DNA of 64,000 bases, taken from the NCBI GenBank assembly GCA_963796455.1, contig CAWCLO010000010.1, forward strand, positions 608,001-672,000. The letters are read 5' to 3'. Source of the DNA: Candidatus Sulfomarinibacteraceae bacterium. GTDB taxonomy: Bacteria; Acidobacteriota; Thermoanaerobaculia; Thermoanaerobaculales; Sulfomarinibacteraceae. The position numbers were made by a program, and so were the translations under genes. Below, one piece after another: positions 50,726 through 59,496 of this stretch. The notes under the pieces were generated by a model. That model was given only the letters and a program-made list of their open reading frames with translations. It searched no databases and had not been told where the DNA came from. The first letter of the stretch is position 1. Every line of letters begins with the position of its first letter.

Positions 50726-51733
50726 ATGGTGGAGAAGAACCGGATCGAACTCGACGGCGAACACCGGCGAATCGCAGTAATCGCCTTTGGTGGAAACGCC
50801 CTCTTGCGCCCCCAGGACCATGGGACCCAGGAAGAACAGTTCACGCTGAGCTGGAAGGCGACCCGTTGGCTGGTGGAGATCATCCACCGCGGTTATGAAC
50901 TCGCCATCGTTCACGGCAACGGTCCCCAGGTCGGCAACATCATGATCCAGGTCGAGGAGGCGATCACCAAGATCCCGCCGCAATCACTCGATGTCGCGGT
51001 GGCTCAGACCCAGGGTTCGATGGGTTATATGTTGGCCAACCAGCTCCGCAACCGCTTCAACGAAGAGCAGCTCGACAAAGAGATCGCTGCGGTTCTCACC
51101 GAGGTCGTCGTCGACCGTGAGGATCCGGCCTTCGACAACCCGACCAAACCGGTGGGGCCTTTTTTCACCGCCTACCGAGCCAATCTTTTGATGCAGGAGC
51201 ACGGGTGGCAGATGGTTGAGGACACGGGTCGCGGCTGGCGCAAGGTGGTGCCGTCCCCCATGCCACAGACGATCGTTGGTTGCCACCTGCTCAAGCGTCT
51301 GCTCGAGGGGGGCGCCGTGGTGGTTGCGGGCGGTGGTGGCGGTGTCCCCGTCTACCGTGATGTGGGCGGCTATTACCGCGGCGTCGAGGCGGTGATCGAC
51401 AAGGACTACGTCGCGTCGATCTTTGCCCGTGAGGTGGAGGCCGATCTCTTCATCGTGTTGACCCAGGTGCCGATGGTGGCTGAAAATTTCGGCCGGCCCA
51501 ACCAGCGCTGGATCCGCAAGCTGCCGGTGGCCCGGGCGCGGCAGATGATGACGGCGAACCAGTTTCCACCGGGATCGATGGGGCCAAAGATCCAATCGGC
51601 GATCGACTTTGTTGAAGCTACCGGGAAGCAGGTTCTGATCACCGACGAAGACAGTCTCAAGCGGGCTCTCGAGGGTGACGCGGGGACCTTTCTCGTTGCC
51701 GACGGGGAGATCGAGTACGCGACGATCGAGTGA
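50726..51733 (+). CDS. arcC: Carbamate kinase
   Basis: AFGGNAL, HGNGPQVG, NPTKPVGPF, GVEAVIDKD, GSMGPK. Confidence 0.95.
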   Translation: MVEKNRIELDGEHRRIAVIAFGGNALLRPQDHGTQEEQFTLSWKATRWLVEIIHRGYELAIVHGNGPQVGNIMIQVEEAITKIPPQSLDVAVAQTQGSMGYMLANQLRNRFNEEQLDKEIAAVLTEVVVDREDPAFDNPTKPVGPFFTAYRANLLMQEHGWQMVEDTGRGWRKVVPSPMPQTIVGCHLLKRLLEGGAVVVAGGGGGVPVYRDVGGYYRGVEAVIDKDYVASIFAREVEADLFIVLTQVPMVAENFGRPNQRWIRKLPVARARQMMTANQFPPGSMGPKIQSAIDFVEATGKQVLITDEDSLKRALEGDAGTFLVADGEIEYATIE

Positions 51734-51773
51734 TCGAACGCCTCACCGATTGCGGCGGGTTACACTTGGCCTC

Positions 51774-53051
51774 ATGGCGAGCTTGAGTCTGTGGGTTTAT
51801 CGGATTCTGGTGGCGGTTGCGTTGCCGTTGGCGGTGCCGGTGCTCAAGATCGGGCAGTGGTTTCAGGGCAAGAGGCGGCCGCGTTTTCGCGATCGGATGG
51901 GCCGTTCGTTGCCGGATCTCCCAGGTGGTGGCATCTGGATTCAGGCGGTATCGGTGGGCGAGGTGGAAATCGCCCGTCGACTGGTGGCAGAGTTTGCTGT
52001 ACGGGCCCCGGATATTCCACTCTTTCTGACCGCCACCACCGCCACCGGTCTCGATCTCGCGCGGCGCACCCTCGGCGACCGGATACCGGTCTTTCCGTGC
52101 CCGGTCGATCTTCCGGCACCCGTCGCGCGGGTTCTGGATGCCGCAAAACCGCGGTTGCTCATCCTGGTCGAGACCGAACTGTGGCCGGAAATGCTCCACC
52201 AGGCGGGTCGGCGGAAGGTGCCGGTCGCGGTGGTCAACGCGCGATTGTCGGACAGTTCTTTTACCCGCTATCGGCGACTGGCCGGACCATTCAAATCCCT
52301 GCTGGCGCCGATGGCTCTGGTGCTCGGACGGACCGAGATCGACGCCCGCCGCTTTGTGGGTCTTGGTGTCGCGCCGGACCGGGTCCGGGACGTCGGGAAC
52401 GTGAAATACGATCTCGAGGCGGATCAACGGCCGCTCGAGTGGGCCGACAGGATCCGCGCAGCCGCATCCGATCGGCCGATCGTGGTGGCGGGCTCGACCA
52501 TGGATGGCGAGGAGGAACAGGTGCTCGACGCCGTTGACCGGGTCGGCCGGCAGGGTTTTTCGGCCTTCCTCATCCTTGCCCCACGCCATCCGGAGCGTTT
52601 CGATGCGGTAGCTCGGATGCTCTCCGAGAGGGGGGTGGTTTTCGCTCGACGAAGTTCGGGTGGCGAGCTCCCTGAGGGGTCCGGTGCTTTCCTCATCGAT
52701 ACCATCGGTGAGCTTGCCCGCGCGTATGGTTTGGCTTCAGTGGCGTTCATCGGGGGATCCCTGGTGGAGACCGGGGGCCACAACCCTCTGGAACCGGCGG
52801 TGTGGGGCGTGCCGGTGCTCAGCGGCGCCCATGTCCATAATTTTCGCGAGGTCTACGACGAGATGACTACCGCCGGCGGAGCCCGAATCGTAGCGGATGG
52901 GGCCGAGCTGGCCGAGTCCCTCGCAGAATGGCTCGGTGATCCTGAACAGGCTGCGGCTGCCGGCGACGCGGGACGAGCGGTGGTCGAGGCAAACCGTGGC
53001 GCCACCGAAAAAACGGTGAGCGCTCTGCTCCAGCTCCTGGGGCAAGGCTGA
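51774..53051 (+). CDS. waaA: 3-deoxy-D-manno-octulosonate transferase
   Basis: WIQAVSVGE, ETELWP, APRHPERF, GGHNPLEPA. Confidence 0.95.
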   Translation: MASLSLWVYRILVAVALPLAVPVLKIGQWFQGKRRPRFRDRMGRSLPDLPGGGIWIQAVSVGEVEIARRLVAEFAVRAPDIPLFLTATTATGLDLARRTLGDRIPVFPCPVDLPAPVARVLDAAKPRLLILVETELWPEMLHQAGRRKVPVAVVNARLSDSSFTRYRRLAGPFKSLLAPMALVLGRTEIDARRFVGLGVAPDRVRDVGNVKYDLEADQRPLEWADRIRAAASDRPIVVAGSTMDGEEEQVLDAVDRVGRQGFSAFLILAPRHPERFDAVARMLSERGVVFARRSSGGELPEGSGAFLIDTIGELARAYGLASVAFIGGSLVETGGHNPLEPAVWGVPVLSGAHVHNFREVYDEMTTAGGARIVADGAELAESLAEWLGDPEQAAAAGDAGRAVVEANRGATEKTVSALLQLLGQG

Positions 53052-53059
53052 GGACACGC

Positions 53060-54079
53060 ATGAACTGGCGTCTGCTGTTGTTGCCACTGAACCCGCTCTA
53101 TCGCGGCGCTGTTGCAGTGCGCAACTCCGCCTACCGCCGCAGGTGGTTGCACACCGAGCGGCTCGATGTGCCGGTGGTCTCGGTCGGCAATTTGACTTTT
53201 GGCGGCACCGGTAAGACACCGACGGTCATCGCCCTCGTTCGCGATCTGATCCGCCGCGGCCGACAACCGGCGGTTCTGACCCGCGGCTACAAACGTCGGG
53301 ATGATCACCAGATCGTCGTGGTCGGGCCCGAACCTCGCCATCGAGTTGCCGAGATCGGCGACGAAGCGCTGGAGATGGCGCGCCGCCTCCCCGGAGTCCC
53401 GGTGATCGTCGATGCCGATCGCGTTCGGGGCGGTCGCGAAGCGCTCAGACGGGGCGCCGATGTGGTCGTGCTCGATGATGGATTTCAGCACCGAAGGCTC
53501 GAGCGGGATCTGGATCTTGTGGTGGTCGACTGTGGTGATCCCTGGGGTGGGGATCGGCTGCCGCCCATAGGCCGTTTGCGCGAGCCGGTGGGCGCCCTCG
53601 AGCGCGCCGACGCCGTGCTGATCAGCAAGGTTCCCGTCGCGTTTCGTGAACCGGTTGCGGCGATCGAAAAACGAATCGAGGACATTCGTCCCGATCTGCC
53701 GGTCTTTGTGGCTCGGATGGAACCGAGCCGTGTCCGCGTGCCCGATGAAGGTTGGTGCGGGGTCGAGCGGTTGTCGGGAACCAGGGTCTTTGCGGTTGCC
53801 GGGGTCGGTCGGCCGCAGGGCTTTGCCGAGACTCTGGTGAGCTGCGAAGCCGAGATCGTCGGCCACCGCTGGTTTCCCGATCACCACGATTATTCGCTCG
53901 AAGATCTGCGCCAGGTGAGCCTTGCAGCCAAAGAGCAGGACGCGGTGTTGGTGACCACCGGCAAGGACGCGGTCAAGCTTCCGCCGGACGCGGATGTGTG
54001 GGTGGTGGAGGCCGGATTGCGGCCGCTCGAGGGCAGCTGGAAGAATCTGTGGCAGCTGCTGCCGGAGGTCGTCTCATGA
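53060..54079 (+). CDS. lpxK: Tetraacyldisaccharide 4'-kinase
   Basis: SVGNLTFGGTGKTP, LDDGFQH, FPDHHDY, TTGKDAVKL. Confidence 0.95.
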   Translation: MNWRLLLLPLNPLYRGAVAVRNSAYRRRWLHTERLDVPVVSVGNLTFGGTGKTPTVIALVRDLIRRGRQPAVLTRGYKRRDDHQIVVVGPEPRHRVAEIGDEALEMARRLPGVPVIVDADRVRGGREALRRGADVVVLDDGFQHRRLERDLDLVVVDCGDPWGGDRLPPIGRLREPVGALERADAVLISKVPVAFREPVAAIEKRIEDIRPDLPVFVARMEPSRVRVPDEGWCGVERLSGTRVFAVAGVGRPQGFAETLVSCEAEIVGHRWFPDHHDYSLEDLRQVSLAAKEQDAVLVTTGKDAVKLPPDADVWVVEAGLRPLEGSWKNLWQLLPEVVS

Positions 54080-54993
54080 GTAAAAACCGATCTGCTTTGC
54101 GAAATCACCTCGAGTACGGTGTTTTCCGTTTTGCGCGCGGTCTGGCCGGTGTCCTCTCCCCATCGGCCCTGGCGCGGGTCGGTGATGTGCTCGGCTCGTT
54201 TTATTCAATGCTCGGCGGCCGGCGGCGACAGATCATCGATTTCAACCTCGAAATGGCCTTCCCCGACAAGAGTTACTCCCAAAGGCGGGCAATTGCAAAA
54301 GGCGTGGCGCAACACTTCGCCCGTTCCTTCCTGGATGCGATCAGGATCCAGAGCCTACAGCCGGACGAGTTGCTGGCTTCGGTCGAGGTGCGCGGCTGGG
54401 ACAACGTGGAGGCGGCAAGTGGGCTCGGGCGCGGGGTCTTTTTTCTCACCGCCCACATCGGTTCCTGGGAAGTGGCGGCGCTGGTCACCGGGTTGCGTCT
54501 CGAGGCCGGTCTGTCGGTGGTCAACCGCCCCCTCGACAATCCGCTTCTGGAACAAGAGCTCGATGGTCTGCGCAAACTCTATGGCAACCACGTCTTCGGC
54601 AAACACAGCATCCTGCGAGAAATGCTGGGCCAGCTCAAGAAGGGCGGAGGGGTCGGGATCCTCATCGACCAGAGGGTGCGTGAGGATCAGGGCGTCGAGG
54701 TGCCGTTCTTCGGCCATCCCGCCTGGACCCACCCGATTCTCGCCCGGATTGCTCGCAAGACCGGGGCACCGGTCATCCCGACCTTTGCCTTGCGCGATGC
54801 GCCCGGGACCTACATCCTGAGCTATGACACCCCGGTCGTGATTGATGATCTCCCCGGTGACGAGCGGGCGGATGTGCCGCTGACAACCCGCTATATGCGG
54901 ATCCTCGAAGACGCGATCCGGGAGCACCCGGACCAGTGGTTGTGGTTTCACGATCGTTGGAAGCAGGTGCGTCTGGCGCAGGGGCCGAAGTAA
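54076..54993 (+). CDS. lpxL: Lipid A biosynthesis acyltransferase (LpxL/HtrB family)
   Basis: TAHIGSWE, ILIDQ, VPFFG, PDQWLWFHDRWK. Confidence 0.85.
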   Translation: MSKNRSALRNHLEYGVFRFARGLAGVLSPSALARVGDVLGSFYSMLGGRRRQIIDFNLEMAFPDKSYSQRRAIAKGVAQHFARSFLDAIRIQSLQPDELLASVEVRGWDNVEAASGLGRGVFFLTAHIGSWEVAALVTGLRLEAGLSVVNRPLDNPLLEQELDGLRKLYGNHVFGKHSILREMLGQLKKGGGVGILIDQRVREDQGVEVPFFGHPAWTHPILARIARKTGAPVIPTFALRDAPGTYILSYDTPVVIDDLPGDERADVPLTTRYMRILEDAIREHPDQWLWFHDRWKQVRLAQGPK

Positions 54994-55014
54994 AGCGCGA
55001 CCGCACCCAGAAAA

Positions 55015-56292
55015 TCACTTCTCTGTTGGATCGTCCCTTTGCAGCGGATGGGTGAGACAGTGGGGGCCGCCGCGTGCGCGGGAGATTTCGTGGCTCTCGA
55101 TCAGCAGACAGATCCGTTGTTCGCCATCGAGTGACACTTCCTCTGAGCCGAGGAGCACATCCTTGGCGGCGACGATGCGAAATCCTTTGCGTGCAAGCTC
55201 TTCCGCGGTGGCCACATTGCGGTCGTAGAGCACGATCACCCCCGGGGCCAGGGCAAAAGCGTTGGCTCCATCGGTCCACTGCTCCCGCTGTTGAGCGATC
55301 GGATCACTGCCACCGCAGGAGATCGGCTCCAGATCGACACCACGTTTCGACAGAGCGTCGAGCAGATTGCCGCGGTGGCGGGGGCTTCGATTTGTCGCCT
55401 CGAGGTCCACCTCATAAGTTTCGGCCAACTGAGGGCCCGAGCCGCAAACAACCGGCTGAAACACCAGCGCGGCGTTGTGGTCGAGCGGGGTGAAGACGGT
55501 GTCCAGATGCATATAGGCCCTTCGTGGCGGAACGTGGACCACCTCGAGCCAGCGCGGGCCGTTTTCGAGCTGTGCAAGCGCCGAGGACAGCATCTCCGCT
55601 GCGGCTGCGTTGGTGCGTTCCGAAACTCCTATCGCCACGACCTCATCCGATAGGACCAAAACGTCTCCACCCTCGAGGCACGGCCGGTGCGGGCCCAGGA
55701 GGTGGTTGGTGTCCTGGGCTTCGCGCAGCGGATCGAGAATGACCCTGGTGCCGGCCAGATCGGGGTGAAAGTGGAAGGCGCACCGGGTCAGGACGGCTTC
55801 GCGCCAGCGGGCCGCGGTCGCCATGGCGGAGAAGACCACCCCGTCGCCGATGACGATCTGCGGATCTCGTTGAAAGCACCAGTTGGGCAGTGGCGCGAGC
55901 CGGAACAGATCTCCGACCCCGATCCCCTGCGGCGCCTCGGTGGTGATGATCCCGCCGACGGCGATGGCCGCCAATTCGTCGGCGCTGGACGGCACCTCCG
56001 CTGAACGCAGGTCGTGCGGCAATTCTGGTCCGAGCATGGCCCACAACCAGGCCCGCGCCTCCTCGTTCTGGAGGGCCTCGGCCAGCAGGGTGTTGGCCTC
56101 CACGACTTCGATCCCGAGCAATTGCAGCAAACGGCGGAATCGCCGGTGTTCGTCGCGTGCCCGGTCGCCGAAGAGGATGTCGTCAAAGAGCAACTCCTCC
56201 ATCATCGGCGGCACCATCCGGTCCACCTCGGGCCCCGGTTCGTGGACCAGCACCTTGCGCAGTCGGCCGATCTCGGATGTCACTCGCACCAT
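55015..56292 (-). CDS. arcA: Arginine deiminase
   Basis: SEIGRLRKVLVH, LLFDDI, FQRD, LEGGD, MHLDTV, SRARGGPHC. Confidence 0.93.
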   Translation of the reverse strand: MVRVTSEIGRLRKVLVHEPGPEVDRMVPPMMEELLFDDILFGDRARDEHRRFRRLLQLLGIEVVEANTLLAEALQNEEARAWLWAMLGPELPHDLRSAEVPSSADELAAIAVGGIITTEAPQGIGVGDLFRLAPLPNWCFQRDPQIVIGDGVVFSAMATAARWREAVLTRCAFHFHPDLAGTRVILDPLREAQDTNHLLGPHRPCLEGGDVLVLSDEVVAIGVSERTNAAAAEMLSSALAQLENGPRWLEVVHVPPRRAYMHLDTVFTPLDHNAALVFQPVVCGSGPQLAETYEVDLEATNRSPRHRGNLLDALSKRGVDLEPISCGGSDPIAQQREQWTDGANAFALAPGVIVLYDRNVATAEELARKGFRIVAAKDVLLGSEEVSLDGEQRICLLIESHEISRARGGPHCLTHPLQRDDPTEK

Positions 56293-56366
56293 CTCGCCAC
56301 CTCCAGGCGGAAGACATCATAGCGAGAACTTCCGAAGTTGTCGGTTTCGTTTCCCTTGGCTACTCT

Positions 56367-58402
56367 ATGGGCGTGCGGCAATCAGATAAGGACGCGAAGA
56401 CCGAGGGCTCTCCGCAGGGCGAGGAAATCGCGTTGGGTTCGGATCGCCTCCCATTGCCCGGAGAAGTTCTCGGGGATCGCTTCCTCATCAAAGACTTCCT
56501 CGGCCGCGGTGGCACGGGAAGGGTCTACTCGGCCCTCGACACCGGGGTGGGGCAGAAGGTCGCGGTCAAGATCCTCCACCCCGAGCTCGCCGGCGAGCTC
56601 AACCACGAACGTCTGCGGCGCGAGGTCAGGGCGGCGCGGCCCGGGCATGACAACGTGGTCAACGTATTTGATCTGCATACCCATGACGGATTTTGTTTTC
56701 TCAGCATGGAGCTGGTCCCGGGAAAGAGCCTGCGGCAGGTCCTGGCTGAGCGCCAAACCCTTCCGGTAGGAGAAACGGTTGATCTCGGCATTCAGGCGGC
56801 GCGAGCCCTGGTCCACCTCCACGGCAACGGACTGGTACACCGCGACGTTAAACCGGGAAACCTGCTCATGACCCCGGACGGCAAGATCAAACTCTGCGAC
56901 CTCGGGCTCGCAAGACCCATCGCCAGTGGGACCACCGTTACAGAAAGCGCCATGGTGGTGGGCACGCCCACCTATATGGCCCCCGAACAGGCCACAGCCG
57001 CGGAGCTCACCGCGGCGTCGGATATCTACGCCCTTGGTCTGACCCTCTACAAGTGTCTCACCGGAACCGTCCCGCTGGAGGGCGATACCGCGGTCGAGAC
57101 TCTGATGCGCCGGCAGCGCTCGTTGCCGTCCCGGATCACCGCGCAGGTTCCGGGTTGCCCGCGCTGGCTCGACCGGCTTCTGCGGTGGATGCTCGAGCCG
57201 GATCCAGCTGAGCGGCCGACCGCGGAGCGGGTCGGCAGGGCGTTGACCGATGGCCGCGTGCGCCGGGTGGTGAATCGGCGGTTTGTGAAACGGGCGGCGA
57301 TCGCGCTCCTGGTGATCGGTGCGGCGGCCGCGTCGGCGCTGGTTATCAGGGACCGAATGACGGGATCAGCCCTCGATCCTACCGCGGGTCTGGTCTTTCG
57401 GTCGCAGACTTTGAGGACGGTACCGAGGTGGAGATCCTCGATGACCGGGGGAACATTCTCCGTCGATTTCTGTTCGATGTGTCCTGGGATCCGAAAAGGT
57501 GGAAGAGGGGCGGGCATCGGGTTATCGCATTCGGGGACGTGGACGGGGACGGCCTGCAAGACGCGGTTCTGGCTCGCCCGGGGACCTCGGATGGGAGACC
57601 GCTCGAGATCCACATTCGGCAAAATGACGGTTCGTTGGTCCTGGAGGCAAGCCACGCCACGACCGATCGCTTCGAGTACGAAGGCACCTCGTACCAGAGC
57701 TTCCATTTTGTCGACGTGCACTGTGCGGATTTCGACGGTGACGGCAAGGCCGAAATCGTGGTTGCTGAGAACAGTGCCGCCTTCTTCCCGTCGACCGTTC
57801 GGATCGTGAGTTTTGAAAACGAACTCCTGTTTCAGTTGTGGCATCCCGGCGCGCTGGACAACGCGCGGACCGGCGATCGTGACGGTGATGGTGTGCCGGA
57901 ACTCTATGTCGGCGCCACCTGTAACTTCCTGACGCCGCCGGAGAGCAACACCTCCGATCCCGTCTTCATGATGATCGAAGCCGACTGGCGGCTGCCGGAT
58001 CTCCGACTCGACCTCTTCGGTCCTCGGCGCCGGCTTGAAGCGGCCCTGCCGGCCGGCATGCGGCTGCTCTACACGACATGGTCGAGCGTTCGTTTGGGGA
58101 GCTTGCTGAGTCCGTGGCAGTTCGCGTCGGTCTTCATCTCCGAAAGCCGCGATCCCGCAACGTATCTCGACGTGTCCGTCAGTACTGTCCGTGAGGTTCT
58201 CCTGGGCGTGGAATCAGACAGAAAGATCTCCCTCCGCACCGCGTATTTCAATCCAGATCTCGAGCTGATCCAGACGCAGTGGAACCCGTTTGTCACCGAA
58301 ACCCTCGGCATCGACCCCACCACCCCGGAATCCAAGGCCCTGCTCGAGCCGAGGTACTGGACCGGCTCGGGCTGGCAGCCCGAGCCGTGTTTCGTTCAAT
58401 GA
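56367..58402 (+). CDS. Membrane Ser/Thr protein kinase with extracytoplasmic FG-GAP/VCBS-like repeats; one frameshift at ~57397
   Basis: GRGGTG, VAVK, HRDVKPGN, DLG, YMAPE, TM helix. Second frame has DVDGDG/DFDGDGK/DRDGDG repeats. Adding one T to the TTT run joins GLVF to SVADFEDG. Confidence 0.8.
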
Positions 58403-58414
58403 TCTGGTGGCGGC

Positions 58415-59384
58415 TCAGGGAATGTCGGCCTGTGCCGCGCAGCTCTGGATCTTGCCCTTCTCCTTGCCGGTGATGATGCCTTCCTTCTTGTAGGCGTTGG
58501 TGAGAGCCGCCACCGCGCTGACAAAGCCTCCGTGATTTGTTGCCGCCGCGGCGATTTGGTCGATGAGATCCACCATGGTGCAACCGTCCTCACCGAGGTG
58601 ATTGGGCACACCGCTGTCGCAACCATCAATCACCACGCTGCCTACTGGTGAAGAATCGGGGCAGGAATCCACCTCATCCGGGATGCCGTCCCCGTCGCGG
58701 TCCGGGATCTCGACGCAGGCAGTGAAGGCCGGGTTGTCGAGCCAGAGGCCGCGGTTGGTGGTTGAGTAGACCGCAAACTCGACCTTCTCGATATCATCGA
58801 GAAATAGGCCGACCATGGGCTCGGCGTGATCGAATGCCAGGCTGCCGTCGGAGATCCGATGACCCACAAAATGGGCCCATTCATCCTCGAGCACCAGGTT
58901 GTAGGTGAACTCACCGTTCTCCAGGGGGTAGTAATACTGTAAAGACCCCTCCCAGCCGACGTCAGTGGGCTCCTTGAACCGAACGATGTTGTGGGAGCCG
59001 TAGACGGTCCAACTGACGTTGTACATCGTGTACCTGTCGCCGTTCTTCGAGGATGATGGTGATTCCGGTAAACAAACCCCAATACGATGTCGCCAAACTC
59101 CCATCCCAACCGAACTCGAGCTCCGTGAGGTGGTTGTCGAACTCGAGGGTCTTGCTGAGCCAACATCCTCCGTCCACGGGTTGCCCCCAGAGCTTTCCGG
59201 CGCTGAAATTTCCACCGCGTCGAATCTCAAGCACCCAACCTTCAGGTACGAGGCCATCATTCAGGTCATAGGCCTCTGTGTGGCATTCGATGATTCCTTG
59301 TGCACTGGCTGGGGTCGAAACGGCCAGCACCGACAGGGTCAGCACCAACGACACGAACACACCATTCTTCAACTTTTGACTCAT
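58415..59384 (-). CDS. Secreted protein with the shared C-terminal domain; one frameshift at ~59048
   Basis: GGAGG RBS; signal peptide MSQKLKNGVFVSLVLTLSVLAVSTPASA; track ORFs 58962-59408 and 58415-59260 join at ITIILE/NGDRY. Confidence 0.75.
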
Positions 59385-59496
59385 CTCGCTCCTCCTTCCA
59401 ATCTGCATTGATCGATATCTCTTTCTTTCGATGGATCGTGGTCGGTCCCCATCGAAGTGAGTTGACGGAACATGCCGGTTTTGCTGTCAATGGCGG

